From NCBI GenBank assembly GCA_051942205.1, contig JAVECO010000038.1, positions 62,001 to 126,000 of the forward strand: a DNA stretch of 64,000 nucleotides. Direction: 5' to 3'. This document shows, one piece after another, positions 26,744-40,565 of this stretch. Position 1 is the stretch's first letter, and every line of letters begins with the position of its first letter. The notes beneath the pieces are model-generated. The model ran no database searches. It worked only from the letters and a program-made list of their open reading frames with translations, and had not been told where the DNA came from. Origin of the DNA: Coniocarpon cinnabarinum. Taxonomy: Eukaryota. The position numbers and the translations under genes are program-made.

Positions 26744-29700
26744 CTACAATATGGCCAATTCTTCCTGATAACGTTGGTGATCAACCCCTAGCAAGGGGCT
26801 TTCCAACTCGCGAGGACTCTGATCCTTGTCTGTGCTGTCATAGTGGTTCCCAATGTCAGATGCTGATTCGCCCTCTTGAGGTTTGTCCTCAACTACATCC
26901 TCTGTTGGAGGGCCAAGAACCGCCTTTTCAAGCGCAGCTTCGTCCTTTTCGAGTTCTTGCTCCCAGTCGTCGGCCACACTGGGTTGGCGGTCTTTCTTTC
27001 TCTTCTCCTTCTTCACCTGCGTGTTGCTCTTCTTAGCAACGAGAGAGCCGCTGTTGGCCTGCAAGACCGCAAAACCGCTCTTGGCACCGAACGCTGCACT
27101 GACAGGGGCTCGTCGAGGCGCAGCGGCTTTGGCAGCCACTTGGCTCCATCCTCCACTGCTCGCCTCATCGCCCTGACCTTCGCGTCGCACCACATTGAGA
27201 CTGTCGTCAAAACGTGCAAGTATAAGAGTTGATCCAAGCTTGTGCTGTGAGACGAGGCCACGGAAGTAGAGAGCTTTCGCGTCAACGAGAGCACGCTCCA
27301 GGAGGGTATCTACGCCGTCTTTGGGGTGCAAATGAAAGCCGCCCACCAGTGCAACATCTTCATTTGGGAGAAATTGGATGCTGAAGTCAAGGTTACTATC
27401 AAGCCTTTGTCCGTTGATACCAGTGTTTGACTGGGATGCGGCCAGGGCGGTTGATATCTCATCATCTGTCAGCGCAAAGCGCGGCTGTGTAAGCAAGAAG
27501 CCATTGAAAGGCTGACGAGCAGCTGCCTTTGCCCTTGACTCGGCGTCCGCTTTGGCTTGAGCGTTGGCAACAAGTTCTTTCCCCTCCTCGCGAAGCTGTG
27601 ACTGCCGTATACGCAAAGCATCTCGCAGCGTCTTTGTTGGAGCGCTGACGAATCGTGGCGTCTTGAAAATTGCCACATGTCGATGAGGTTCAGGATCCAT
27701 ACTCTCGCTATCAAGCCCGTAGTCTTCTGCCAGGGCATGCAAGAAAGCACGATGATGGGGAGGCATCGGCTTAAACCTCAAGCGCCTCTCTTCTGCATCA
27801 GCCGCAAACACTCTGAACTCGCGCTCCTGTTCTGTGGACCATGTCGGCTTCTGCGCAAAAAGTGAGAGTGTCTCAGAGCTATAAGGAATATGGTCGTCTG
27901 TGTGGGTCGCTTGATCGATATCGAGAGCCACGGCAAGCTTTCGATTGCGCTCCAGCCGAGCACATTCGTCGTCACACTTAAGCTCTTTCTTGAGGTTGCC
28001 GTCAGATGTGGCGGAGGCTCCGCATCGCGTTTCTTCCTTTCGCGCCTGACAGGGACATGTCACCAAATGATTATGCGGGCATGACTTGTCTTGTTTGCAT
28101 GGATATGGCGCGTGACACTGGTCTTCGCAAGGATGATTGCAGGCTTTCTTGAGACGACCACAAAGTTGCGCGCATTTGCCGCCTGCGTCTTCACACTCAG
28201 CAGGTCGGTGGCAGGTTTTGCGACATGTGTGAATTCCGCATCGAAGCTGTCTTCCGCAAATTTTGCCACATCGGACGTCGGTGAACCAACATCGCTGGTT
28301 CTTGAGTTTCGACTTGCCGCACACGCACCTTTTCTCCACCAAAAAGGGACAGCTCGGACATGGCTCGTCATCCGTATGACAATTGTGCTTCACTTGTGGA
28401 TGTCCACATGGCTTTGATCTTTGGCATTCGTACCGGCATGGCGGGGGCTTGGTCCCACATGGTAAGGGTGGCTGAAGAATGGTGCGCCCGCAGTTACAAC
28501 TGATCTCATCAAAGACGGCTTCTCGACATGATCCACACGGACCCCTGTGACACAAATCTTGACAAGTATGCTGACCACATTTGAGAGTGCGTCCACACAT
28601 GCGCGTGCAGATATGCTCGGCCTCGAACTCCTCTATGGGTCGCCGTGGCACTGATCCCAAAGGACGGCCTTTCTTTTTGGTTGCGTTACGCTCAATGGCC
28701 TTTCGTTCGCCTGGACAACAACGTTCGCCGCATTCGTGTCGGCCACAGTTCAGCGTGGCGTGGCAAATCCTCGTGCACTGAGGTGGCTCGGGTAGGCCTT
28801 GATGGCAGATGGTCGACGCAGTAATCCTCGCGCACCGACATTGGATGTCTACGCGCTGGAGACAGGGTTTGCATTCACCTGCATGGCACGTCTGCTGGCA
28901 TAAATGCCCACAAGGTAGCTGTTTCAGACACAACTTCGAACAGTTGGGAATTTGATCGGTACATGAGGAACGTGGCTGCGGGAGAAGCTGTTCGAGGGGT
29001 GTCTTTCCACAGGGGCAGTGTGTGACAACGTCTGGCGACTGTGGACATTGTACTTGAAGGGAGGTGGCGGCATGGCAGGGCTTCCGGCAAGAGTGCTTTC
29101 CGCAGTCAAATGTTCGACCACATTCATTGTGGCAACGAAAACGACCAGTCCATTCTTCTTCGAACGCCTCGCCTCCTAAAGTGAAATGCAAGCGTTTGCT
29201 CGTCTGGTCATCGTCCCGGTCGCAACAGAGTATTTGCTTGCTTTCAGCACCGCACATACATCGCGCGTCCACTCGGACCTCACAAGCACCACACAAGCCT
29301 TCATGGCATTGTCGCTGACAGGTGTGCTCGCCACAAGGCATGACGTCCTGGCAGAGCTGACCGCAGCTCCACCCGTTTTGATAGTCAGTTTCGATGCACT
29401 TGCTCTGGGAAGACTCTTTCCCGCAGAAGCAGCTTTGTTGAGGACCCAGAGCTGCGCAGGGTGGACATGGTCCAGCATGGCAAACCAGATCGCATCGGTG
29501 AGGGCACGGCTTGGGCACCTTGCGCTCACTGCCACATGTCTGACCACAGGAGTGTGGTGGCAGCCCTGTGATAGGACGTGGATCATGCTCTTTTCCGCAC
29601 CAGCACGTATACACTGAGGGTTTCTTGTCCTGCGGGAGATTGCATCCCGGACATCGCCATTGAGCCACACCACTGTTGCCGTTTCTTTGACTCTGCTCTG

Positions 29701-30421
29701 CCGCGTTGGCTTCGGAATTCTTGGCCCATTGTTTGATACATGACAAGTGAAATACGGTCCAGCATGTGGTACAGGACCACACCTTTGAAGCTCTCAAAAC
29801 TTCCACTGTGCAAATGGCACATTCATATTGCTTGTTGTCGATGTCCTCGTGCAAACGTGTCGCCAAGTCTGGCGCGGTTGACTTTGAGGCTCGCCTCTTG
29901 CGAGGTGCAGTGCGATGAGAATGCGCTGCACCATTCATCGTAGATGCCTGGCCAGGCGCGAATGCTGGTGCGTCTCCACGCAGGTCCGAGTCTGTCGCGA
30001 CCGCTGATACCGCCACATCGCTTCCATCCCTTGTAAGGTGACCCTCAAAAACTCTTCCGTTCGGCAAATGCCTTTTGCCGGCCGCTGCCCCGCCTCTTGT
30101 GTGTCCGCTGCGTCCTGACCGGCCACTATTGCCACCGCCACCAGAGAGAAAAGGGGAATGCGACTCGTGCGAAGCATCGTGACTGGAGCTCAAGGCCAGC
30201 CCATTCTGGACCGAGCTTGGCCGCAGTGATGATGGTATCCTTCTAGCGAGCTGTTGATCCTCATGGCTGTTATTTGAGCTTGAGAGATCGTGACGGCTGT
30301 TGGGCCCTTGTCGACCTCGGTTTGGGCGGCGCCCGCGGGTACTGGGCGACGGTCGATGTTGATGCGTCGGGTTGGATTGGGTTACATGCGAGATTTCGGG
30401 GTTGTGCGCAGCACTTGTCAT
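26744..30421 (-). CDS. fap1: NF-X1-type zinc finger / RING / R3H protein (Fap1/NFX1/shuttle craft)
   Basis: RING (CAIC...CTTCWTVFHLSC...WRCPGC), repeated CGxHxCxxxCHxGxC NF-X1 fingers, R3H (RAFLHALAEDYGLDSESMD). Single 1225-aa ORF. Confidence 0.93.
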   Translation of the reverse strand: MTSAAHNPEISHVTQSNPTHQHRPSPSTRGRRPNRGRQGPNSRHDLSSSNNSHEDQQLARRIPSSLRPSSVQNGLALSSSHDASHESHSPFLSGGGGNSGRSGRSGHTRGGAAAGKRHLPNGRVFEGHLTRDGSDVAVSAVATDSDLRGDAPAFAPGQASTMNGAAHSHRTAPRKRRASKSTAPDLATRLHEDIDNKQYECAICTVEVLRASKVWSCTTCWTVFHLSCIKQWAKNSEANAAEQSQRNGNSGVAQWRCPGCNLPQDKKPSVYTCWCGKEHDPRPITGLPPHSCGQTCGSERKVPKPCPHRCDLVCHAGPCPPCAALGPQQSCFCGKESSQSKCIETDYQNGWSCGQLCQDVMPCGEHTCQRQCHEGLCGACEVRVDARCMCGAESKQILCCDRDDDQTSKRLHFTLGGEAFEEEWTGRFRCHNECGRTFDCGKHSCRKPCHAATSLQVQCPQSPDVVTHCPCGKTPLEQLLPQPRSSCTDQIPNCSKLCLKQLPCGHLCQQTCHAGECKPCLQRVDIQCRCARITASTICHQGLPEPPQCTRICHATLNCGRHECGERCCPGERKAIERNATKKKGRPLGSVPRRPIEEFEAEHICTRMCGRTLKCGQHTCQDLCHRGPCGSCREAVFDEISCNCGRTILQPPLPCGTKPPPCRYECQRSKPCGHPQVKHNCHTDDEPCPSCPFLVEKRCVCGKSKLKNQRCWFTDVRCGKICGRQLRCGIHTCRKTCHRPAECEDAGGKCAQLCGRLKKACNHPCEDQCHAPYPCKQDKSCPHNHLVTCPCQARKEETRCGASATSDGNLKKELKCDDECARLERNRKLAVALDIDQATHTDDHIPYSSETLSLFAQKPTWSTEQEREFRVFAADAEERRLRFKPMPPHHRAFLHALAEDYGLDSESMDPEPHRHVAIFKTPRFVSAPTKTLRDALRIRQSQLREEGKELVANAQAKADAESRAKAAARQPFNGFLLTQPRFALTDDEISTALAASQSNTGINGQRLDSNLDFSIQFLPNEDVALVGGFHLHPKDGVDTLLERALVDAKALYFRGLVSQHKLGSTLILARFDDSLNVVRREGQGDEASSGGWSQVAAKAAAPRRAPVSAAFGAKSGFAVLQANSGSLVAKKSNTQVKKEKRKKDRQPSVADDWEQELEKDEAALEKAVLGPPTEDVVEDKPQEGESASDIGNHYDSTDKDQSPRELESPLLGVDHQRYQEELAIL

Positions 30422-31107
30422 AGCCTGGGGTTGATCGGACCCCTTGGATCGAAAGTGGTTGGTGAAGCAATAGTATTGCGGGTTTGAATGGAGGTGAGAT
30501 CACTCCGAAGGATTTAAGGTTCAGCGTCAAGCGTCTCTGGTTGTGAATAGTTGAATTCGTTTCCAGAACAAATCTGGAGACTTTGAGAAGTGTGCAGAAA
30601 AGAAAACTTGCGGATCGCCTACGAATGACGTCTCGGATTGAATGATTTTGAGTCAGATGCCAAGCCGCGCCACACAGGATGCGGAACCGAGATCTGGTTG
30701 CGAATTGGCTAGCATGTGATTACTCCGTACCTGAACACAATAGATGACTTGGCACGGACTATGATCAAGAGACTCATCACGCATCAATTAGGGTCAGGAT
30801 GTACTATACGTAAGGCTTCCTACTCATACAATGCCACCAGAAAAGAAAATCTGCCTGTCACTACAATGCTGGTTTCGTCATGCCATGCTGCGACATGCAA
30901 CATTCAATGCTGTAGAAGGGGTATCGTCTGCCATGCTGCTTCGTAAACTTGTCTTCTCTGAGGTACGATGAGAGCGACCAAAAATCTAAAACGCTGGCTG
31001 GGAAAATTTGAGCCTTCACTTTCGCGGTCAAAACTTTCGTGCTGACCCTTTCCCCCGTAGACGTGGCAAGGCCGAAGGGCCATAGTCTGGGGGCCAATGC
31101 TGGGGTT

Positions 31108-32513
31108 CTAGTGAGCGACTATGTCGGTTCCACCTTGAGGTGGGGTGTCATGTCTCTGCGCGATTACTTCCCGGACGTAGAACTCCACAAGCATCGTAGC
31201 GTAATCTTCGAGCTGCTCGACGGGAATCGAAAGTCGGAAGTCGTTGAGCAGCAAAAATTGAACCTCGAGGTTATTCAGCTCGGGCAGAGGCAATCCACCG
31301 ACCTATATGCGTAAGCTTCAGAGAACATGAGGTGTTCAAGAATGAGGCAAACCTTTGCGTAGCGAGAGTTTGTGTAGAAAACATCAGAGAAAAATTTGCT
31401 TGCGCAAGTGACGCCAGCAATGATGAGTCTGTGAATATTAAAGCTGTCCACAACGAAATGATGCATGAAGTTGTTCGGATCAATGTCAGAGGAGGGTGGA
31501 GATGGATAGTCTGAATGCCCTGCTTCCTCAGATGAAGTTTGTGGCGCAGCGTGTTCAGAACTAACTGGCCGCTCCGCTTCTCTTCTGTCGCTTGCGAAAG
31601 CTTCAGTTCGATCTTCTCCCAGGTCGGCCGATGGGTCATCCCTGGTTGATGGGGCATGTACGCCTGCAGTGCCAGAATCATGTACGAGGCCCCAAGAAGT
31701 TGCATTCACTTTCTCCGTTATTCGGTCGAAATAGACCAGGAGGCTAAGAAAGACTTCGTACGTTGCTGGGCAGTATTTGTGAATCCGGGTGAGGTAGCTC
31801 ATAATGCTGATAGTAGGGATGTTCTTCCCGTGGAACGCCAGCACGCCGTTGTAGAGTGGATCGATTTTTGAAACGTATTCTGGAGACGGTACGTCTTTAT
31901 GCAAACGCTCGGCCTGATCATCGTTCGTGGTCGTGATCTTTGTGAGGAGACCAGCAACCATTTCGATCACATCTGTTACGGGCATGTCACTGATCTCATA
32001 TTGAGGCAATTCTCGCGCCTGCTCTGCGGGTATTTGGCCCGTCGCTGCCAAACTTGGGATGCTTTGCTCGTCTTCGACAAAGCTTTGTATATGGCGCAAG
32101 TCTTTGACCTTGATCCGCTTAGGGGACGGCGGAGCGGAACGGGTGTGGGCAGATGTTGGGGATGTCGGTAATCTCGGCGAGTCGGTAGGAGGTGTTGCAG
32201 CATGATCGGACGAATACGCGTCTTGCTGCGAAGATTCTTGCCCGACATTCCTCGTTGGCTCGAGATCAGGGTCAGAAGCTCGCTGGGTTGGGGACGTGCG
32301 CTGCTGAGGGGTCACTGCATCTTGTACCGATATCGGCGGCTGCGACGAGGAGTGAGCGGGATGTGAAGACGCTGCCGTGGCTGTCGAAGGATTGCTCGAG
32401 GAAGGGATACGGTGTGGAGGTTGATATGGCGGTGGATGAGGTGTGGCCAGCATCGTCGAGTGAGGATAGTGTGTGGTATCGTGCACCACCTCGCTAACAA
32501 TCACAGATCCCAT
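31108..32513 (-). CDS. Pho80/Pcl-family cyclin (Pcl6/7-like)
   Basis: FHGKNIPTISIMSYLTRIHKY and NIHRLIIAGVTCASKFFSDVFYTNSRYAK|VGGLPLPELNNLEVQFL. Intron 31303-31352. Start may instead be the downstream ATG (MLATPH). Confidence 0.9.
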
Positions 32514-33715
32514 ATCAAGAACCTGCGTGTTCGCGACTGTTTCGTGTCAAGTCTCTGTAACATTCAGTGTTGGTGAAGCTCGAGTAGGGATTGATGAAGC
32601 TGATTGCCGATGTGTTCGGGCTCTGGCAATGTTGTGGGAAAACAGCGCGTGAGAGATTGCGCCAGGAACAGGCACGGTGATCCGCTCAATGAAAACGTTG
32701 ATGTCAAGACACAGGACGCGACAGGTGAAGATGTAGGCAGGGAAGAGGTAACGCGCAGAGAGCGGATGGAGAGTTTCAAGGGGGAGGAGAGTGGATGGGC
32801 AAAGCGGTTGCTTGCTCAAGCGTGGCTGATAACAGATTGCAACACGGTGCGATGCAGGAGAAAGAGCAGCGAGAGAGTTGGCTCACCTCGACTGCATGGC
32901 CAGACGTCTGGTGTCCGAACGACTGGTGCGGCTTCCCTCCTTGGACGAAGCTGGGAAAGCAGAGCACAGCAGGAAGACGCTCAGGTTGCTCACAGAATGG
33001 TTAGGTAGGGGTTGACAAGGACGAAAGATTGCCGCGTGTTGGCGTCCCGCAAGCGCAATGACATCAGACGCCCTTTGCGACGTTCCCAAAAGCCGCTGCT
33101 CCAGCGTCGCACTTGAACGCAGCGCTTACACGGTGCGCGGACTTCGTCTGGAACGTTGTGTCTTTGATGCGATGTGAGCGATGTGGACAGTAGCTTGCAC
33201 GTGTACGTAATGGATTGATTTCGAGCAAAGCTGCGCGCGGCACTACTTTGCCAAGACCTTGAAATTACTCGTTGCTAAAATGACTTGGGGCGACGCACTA
33301 GCCTTTCCGACTCACGCATACGGCCCAAATTCAAACCTCTGGTGTAGGCCTTAATTCCAGACGAAACTTCATCCGAGAACTGCCTACCTCTCCCACCTTC
33401 ATCAACTTCCGCAGTCGTTCTTTGATAGTCTCCTCGACCGACTGCGCGCCCCGGACGCAGTTCTTGCTTCACTGATATCATCCACCAAGTGCGACTCCTC
33501 AACAATAGCGCCACATCAGCAAGCAACACTCTTGCGGCTACTTCGACTGGACCGCGATTTAGGTGCATTCCCAAGTGGTCGTGCTTGAGTCGGAGATGTT
33601 GGCCAGACTGGTCGTGCACGAGATAGAGATCTAAAAGCCACAGTGGCCCACATACTTCCCCAGTTCCTCCAGGATTTCTTGCGGCTGGCCTGAAGAACTA
33701 ACTTGATAGGAAAGG

Positions 33716-34589
33716 CTATTGTTTGCCAGGTCCTCTGTAGTCCTGATCAGGAAGATATAGATGCCGTTGTGCTCCTTTGTTGGTCAACACGACCATGCGG
33801 ATGACACCTCCTGAACTTCCATCCCACTTGATCGCCTCGCGAAGAGCGTGTTTTACGAAATTGATGCCCTCATCCTCGGTCATGTTCTCTTTCCAATTTG
33901 CATCGCAAAAGCCGTAAATGTATGTGGATCCCGATCCGCCAATCGAGTACGACTGTCTGTGAAGCGAGCCGCCAAGCGGAATCGCGTACACTTGGCCGCC
34001 ATGTCTTTGATCATACCCTGCAATGATGATTCCTGCACTCAGTTGCTCCTTGTTGGCATAGCACATTTCTTGGAAAAGAGCAGCCGCGGTCTGAGTGGTG
34101 GGTGGTTCGTCGTTGGTGATGCCGTACATGCTCAAGTAATATTGGACAATGTCGGCCACAGCTTGTGTATCAGCGGCCGAGCCAGATCGGCAGCACCAGA
34201 TCGTATCGTGCACCTGAGTGAGTTTGTCTGTTACTCGATTCGCAATGTACGCTCCCGTAGTCGTTCGGCTGTCCGCTCCCAGAATCACTCCATCTTGAAA
34301 TGTGATCGCCATACTGTCAACCCAAATTAATTGATGGAATCTTGCTGTTCCCATTGAACATTGCCACGTACATGGACGTCCCGAGATTCACTTCGCCAGA
34401 TCTGGTTCCTCGACGTTAGAGACATTCTCAAGATAGCTCGAGCATTCTGCTGGCTCACTTGAGATGATTCATATCGACGTGAATGCCATCTAGATTTTTG
34501 TCAGACTTTACGGAAGCGTTCCCATCAAAGCTCAGATGCAGTAACTCACCCTCACCGATGACGCCACGAGGCTGTCCAAGACTTTGCAT
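33716..34589 (-). CDS. pre3: 20S proteasome subunit beta-1
   Basis: Three short 5' introns give [39 protein letters not shown], then [38 protein letters not shown]. Confidence 0.95.
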
Positions 34590-35310
34590 GACAGTCTTCC
34601 AAACAGAAAGATGTGCGAGTTAAGTAGCAGCGCGTGTATGGTCAAGCAGTGTGCTTAGAATGGTTGGAAATGGTGAACGCTGTCTGTGGAGAAGCAGTAC
34701 CGGAGGTCAAGCAGGCTGGTAAAGCTTGCGCGGTTCTGTCACCTCGCCCCATGGCGGCTACCCTGTCGGGCTTGCGCTAAATTTCGGCCCGTATACAGCC
34801 CGTAGCGCTTGCTACCTGATGCGGTACTTAGATACCAAACATTCAAACGCTGGAAAATCAGACTATCAGCCGTGCAAATATCAGACTCGCCGCTCCACTC
34901 AGCCGCAAAGTCATTTGCGTGACACAGTAGTCAGCGGTATATCGCTCTGGCTCTGGGAATATCTGAATGGCGTTCTGGACCTGCTGCTGACCAAGCTCTA
35001 TGCGGAACTCTGCAACGTGTCCTCTGACCATACTTTACAAGCAATAAAGGTGCAGAACATTACTCATCCATAAGGTCACACAAAGCCTACCTGCCTGGTC
35101 TTTGGACTAAATCTAAGGGCTCCGGTTGGCACATTCTGAACAATCGGTGCATCCCTCCACAACGTAGCTGAGCATATCATCTCCATAAGAAGAAAGCACC
35201 CGTATTGGTACTCAGCTCTGGTGAGAAGCTGCGACAGTGGTCTTGCGGCACATCTTGCCGCAGCGCAGAAGTCACGTCAGCGCGTCCTGTATGTTTGGAT
35301 GGTCTTCTAA

Positions 35311-36331
35311 ATGGCCGCTTACATTGGCAAGCTTCAGTGGCCAGCCGCCGTCACCTCAGCTCTAACGGCTGGCTTGATTGGGCTTCTATATTGGAAACAG
35401 AACGAACTTGTATATCCTCGCAGTATTCCGCCCGGCTCGAGAACTGATGTTCCACGACCCAAAGAATTTCCAGAATATGCATTTCATGAATCGACAGAAG
35501 AACTCCGATTACTAACACCCGATGGTGAGGAAATAAGTGCATTTCTGCTCAAGCCCCAGCTGAAGCCCCAGTACGGCAATCACAATCCCAGCAATGTGAC
35601 TATCATCATGTTCCACGGCAATGCAGGCAACATTGGGCACAGGCTTCCAATTGCTGGATGCTTACAAGCTTGCGTGCCAGCGAACATTCTCATGGTTGAA
35701 TACCGCGGCTATGGCCTTAGTACAGGCGCGCCAGACGAGGTAGGCATCAACATCGATGCGCAAACAGCTCTGGATTTTGTCAGGAGGAGAGATGATCTAT
35801 CGAGCAGCAGCATCGTAATCTATGGCCAAAGCCTTGGTGGAGCGGTTGCAACTCGGTTGGCAGTCGACAATCAGCAGCATGGAGACATCAAGGCCGTCAT
35901 ATTAGAGAATACATTCTTGTCCATCAAGAAACTCATACCAAGGTTCGTTGCACAGCACGTAATGTTCTTGCGAATGTTGCTGACAGGAGAAAGCGCCTTT
36001 CCGCCGGCACGATATTTGACAGGCCTGTGTCACGAGCTTTGGAACACCGAGGAGATTCTTCCTAATTTGTCGTCCGAAATTCCAGTCTTATTTCTCTCAG
36101 GTGGCAAGGATGAGATAGTTCCGTAAGTACGATTTCATCGGAGCTTCGAGTCCCTAGTACTGACCTCTCTGTAATAGCCCAATCATGATGAAGCAACTCC
36201 ATGAAGCTTGCCAAAGCTCCGTCAAAACCTTTAGACTATTTCCTGAGGGTGATCACAATGCTACTGTGGCATGTAAAGGGTATTTCGAAGCAATCCAAGA
36301 CTTCATGAACCGGCAGGTCTTGAGGAGCTGA
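35311..36331 (+). CDS. bem46: Alpha/beta hydrolase, Bem46/ABHD13 family
   Basis: N-terminal TM segment, FHGNAGNIGHR, YRGYG, GQSLGG nucleophile elbow, LENTF, SGGKDEIVP, EGDHN. Introns ~35943-35993 and ~36123-36177. Start codon uncertain. Confidence 0.9.
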
Positions 36332-37265
36332 TCACGCGCAACGGAAAGAAATAATTCTGGAGACCGTTGAGAGCTAAGATAGACGAGGAATATGATTGCA
36401 CTTGAATCAAGCGCGCTTTCTCCGGTTCGTGTACACTGATTGAGAATATCTGTCATGGATGCCCCAGGGATCCTGGGCATGAGTGGAACGAGGTGGCAGC
36501 AAGTCCAAGTGTAGGCCTAGTCCCAGGCTTCAGGACCGTCAACGATGATTGCGGATGGTCAACTGGTTGTTTTAAGGACACGATTGTCTGGCTTATCGTA
36601 GACGCCGCTGGTCAGATCGAAGGAACATACAGAAATTGGTCGCAAGATCAAGGAGCGTCGCGTTATGAAGGTCCCTTAGTTCGCGCAGGTAGAGAGAACC
36701 CTGCAAAGCATGACTGACCTCAGCCCCTATGCCCAGACTTGCATTCACCGCACGAACAAACAGCTTTAGCACGCACATTTTCGCAAGACAGTATTCAAGC
36801 ATGTCGGCGATCTTGTTGATATTTTCTCAATCACTGGCTGTTGGTTCGGGTAGAAGGTCGAAGTCAGTTTCCGCAGTAACAGACAAAGTAAATAATGCCG
36901 GGCCAATCACATGTTAGCTTGTCCTCGCCTGACACTCGAGAGACTCGACGCTTTGATGAATCTTTTCACCTTCTTAGTTTTGCGCGCCTGTCTCCCTTTC
37001 GAATCCAGCAGAATAGCTCTTGCAACTTGACACGACACATATGAGTGCAAACATAGCGCAACTTCATCCTCGAAAAGCAAGAAAATCTTTAGGATCGTCG
37101 TCATTCTGAGACTGCAAAGAGCCGGAAATCAACCTCTCTACTCCTAGTCCTCGACATATCCTGCGCAACGACTTGAGCTAGTGAATAAATCGAGCACCTA
37201 AAGCCAGACTCAATGTAGTTTACATTGAAGGCTCGCACGCTTCATCCTACCTCCGCTGCGCTGTG

Positions 37266-39206
37266 ATGTACGGCACACCTGACGAGGCGTCGCAAGGGAC
37301 CGTCGATCCTGAGACGTTGTATACGAGACAGAATTGCATAGGAGGCGGGAGCTTTGGCAAAGTCTACAAGGGGTCAGTCTCGATCGCGAAGCGACGCAGA
37401 AGTCCTTGCAGCTAACTCGAGTTAGGCTTGACCGCCGCACAGGCCAGACCGTCGCAATCAAGATTGTGGAAATCGAGTCTGGCAATGATGATGTACGCGA
37501 CATCATTGAAGAAATCTCCATACTCGCCGGCCTAAGCTCACCGTATGTGACCAAATACTATGGCTCGTTCCTCAAGGGGTCCGACCTCTGGATTATCATG
37601 GAATTTTGTTCTGGGGGAAGCTGCAGCGATCTCATGAGACCTGGTACTATATCGGAAGAATACATCATGATCATCTTGAAAGAGCTGCTCATGGGATTGG
37701 ACTACCTACATGCGGATCGGAAGCTTCACCGAGACATCAAGGGTATGATGCATTGCGAATGAGACAGGACTATCTTGCTAATGCGACGCAGCGGCAAACA
37801 TACTCCTAGGCGCAAATGGTCAAGTCAAGCTTGCCGACTTTGGCGTCTCAGGTCAATTGTCGGCCACCATGACCAAGAAGAATACATTTGTCGGGACGCC
37901 TTTCTGGATGGCACCTGAGGTCATACGGCAAGCCGGATACGACCACAAAGCAGACATTTGGTCGCTCGGCATCACTGCGATGGAACTCGCCCAGGGTGAG
38001 CCACCGCTGTCAGACATACATCCCATGAAGGTGCTCTTCTTGATTCCGAAAAATCCTCCACCCCGTCTGGAGGGGAACTTCAGCCAAAACTTCAAAGACT
38101 TTGTGAGCACATGTCTCCGAAGAGATCCACGCGAGAGACCAAATGCGAAAGAGCTCCTCAAGCACCCGTTCTTAAAAAAGGCCAAAAAGCCCGCTTACCT
38201 CACTGAGCTCATCGAGCGGCATGAACGATGGCGGATACATCATCCTCGCGCCTCTGACGACGACGAGGAACCAGTGGCGCACAGTTCCGTGCCCAACGCG
38301 GAGGATGAAGACTTGTGGGACTTTGGCACGGTCCGGCCCATGAATGGGAGAACTCCCGCCTTGGCCGCGATGAACGATGCAGCTGCGAACGCGAGAAGCA
38401 ACGAGCAAGCGCCAAGTCACGATAAAAGCGATCTTTATTCAGGCTCAGGGATTGAGAATCATGCAACGGGTACAAACATGTCCTCTGAAGCGAGACCTTC
38501 GCCACGGGAAAACTGGCAAACGCCGCTGTCGTCGCCGCAGAAGCCAGGCCAGGGCTTGGCAGCCGACCACTTATCCTCCAAGACCCGCAACGTATCTGGC
38601 AGTCCCCGACCCAACGGTCCGAGGGCGCTGTCCAGTCAAATGGCGAATCTGGCGGTCAATGACCCATTTGACGGCCCATCCGCTGCACAACGTGATCGTC
38701 CGCCACCCAGCCCTGGCAAGCCGCAAGTTGTTGATTTTGCAGCACAAGCTGTTCATACAGCTGCACCACATGGCAATGCTGCGCGGCCGCAGCCTGCCTC
38801 GCGAGCGTCTTCGACCCAACTGCCACCTCCTCCGCTGCCATCACAGGCACGCCCAACGGGCACAGCACGCGCTGAGCCGCCGCAGGAGCCGCTGATGACT
38901 GCGCTCAGCGGAGTCGTGGTGCCGGCGTTGGAAGCGGCGGTGTCACGGCGGCAGTACCAGCTCAGTCTAGCACACGAGAAGTACTCACAAAGCGGGAGCC
39001 GGACGCCGTCTGAGGCCCTGGAGCTGAGACGGAAGCAGATGGAGGCGCAGGAGAGTATCAGGAAGCTGGCAAGCAAGGCGGCACGCCTGTTCACGGACAT
39101 GGATCAGTGGGACACGTGGGCACCGGTGGGCATGGGGGAGGACGTGGGCAGCTTTCTGGAAGGCTTCCTAGAGGAGGTGCTGGTGCGGGTCGAGCCTGAA
39201 GACTGA
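37266..39206 (+). CDS. STE20-family germinal centre kinase III (STK24/25/26-like)
   Basis: [52 protein letters not shown]-terminal [14 protein letters not shown]. Introns 37373-37425 and 37743-37791. Confidence 0.92.
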
Positions 39207-40565
39207 GCGGCGGGCGGTCTGGGGGGGAGGAAGCCATTGATCATGTGGAGTAGACGAATGACGAAGCACGGCCAATGACACCTGCACACGAGACGAGCAG
39301 GATGCGGTGTGTGAGTGTGTGAGTGAGTGAAAGCGCGAGACAGCGAGCCAGGCCTGCCTGAAACGCGCAGAGCAGAGGGGTGTGAGTGCTCAATGGGGCA
39401 AGCAAGAAGCAAGTCGCAAACGTGAGCGCTAGCCAACCCCGGCGGCGGGCCCACCCATGGTCGCCTTAGCGCGGGCGCCGGGGCTTCTCGCAGTGGTTCG
39501 ATGGGAGGTCTAGTTCAGTAGGTAGGTACCTTACTCACTTACGACGACGGTACGGAATCCAAGAGCCTGCCTGCCTAACCCGCTACCTACTCACAGACGT
39601 TGCTTGATGCTGGTGGCCACTCTGGGTAAGCGGCGACTGGCACACTGAGAATGCCAGTGGCGGATGCTCGGATCGAAACGTACCCAGCAGATGCATCCAA
39701 GCCCTGGGGCCAAAGGGGTGCAGCTGGGAACGATGGAGGGGAACGTCGATCAGGGCGGTCGGGCGGTCTAGACCGTTTGGCTCGCTCGCCCTCTCCCTCG
39801 CCCGCGCCCGCCGGGGCTTTTGGCAGGCACCAGGCTCGCCCAGGCCCCAAATCATGGGTAGGTATTGTGCCAGTGTGCCTACGGCGGGGAGTATCTTTGC
39901 TCGTCGTGGTTGTCTCCAGCCAGCATGATTGAACATTACGATGGCAGTTCCCCCCTCACCCTTCCTGGCACCGCTGCCTGCATTCATCCACACACCCACA
40001 CACCCACACTGACGGAGCCCCTCCAGGTATCTCTCTCGGTCTCTGCTCTGCCCACCGCCCACCGCCCTCTCTGCTGCCCTTGCTCGCTCTCTCAGGTTCC
40101 TCTCAGCCTGCCGGCCTTTGCTGCGACGCCCTTTCCCTTTTAGTAGCCCCCGAATGCAACCCTCGTCCAACCGACCGTTCTGGCTCCTCGCTCTCGACCT
40201 GCTGCTGTCTTGTCCTGCCGACGCTGCTGCTGCTGCTGACTCTCCTGCACCTTGCCCTTTCTCTCTCTGTCTCTTCCATGCCCTCTTCCACACTGAGCCA
40301 CTCCCTCCCCTCTTGACGTCTCCGATACATGCTCTCTTCTCTTTGTCTCGCTGCATACTCACCTTCTGAACCCTGATCGACGTCGCGTCTGCCAAAGCCG
40401 GCTCCCTTGCTCCAAGCAGATCTACAAAGTGCGTGGTTTCGGTGGTCGTCAACACCCTTACGTGCTCAACAGCGCACCGCTCTTGTCATTGGCTGGCCCT
40501 CTCAATCGCATCTCATTGAATCTTGGACATCGTCCTGACCGTTTGCTTTTCGGTGCTGAGGGCCA

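Noticed and set aside
39583..40455. 290-aa minus-strand ORF
   Set aside because: Arises from the pyrimidine-rich promoter/leader of the histidine kinase. Low complexity, no domain.
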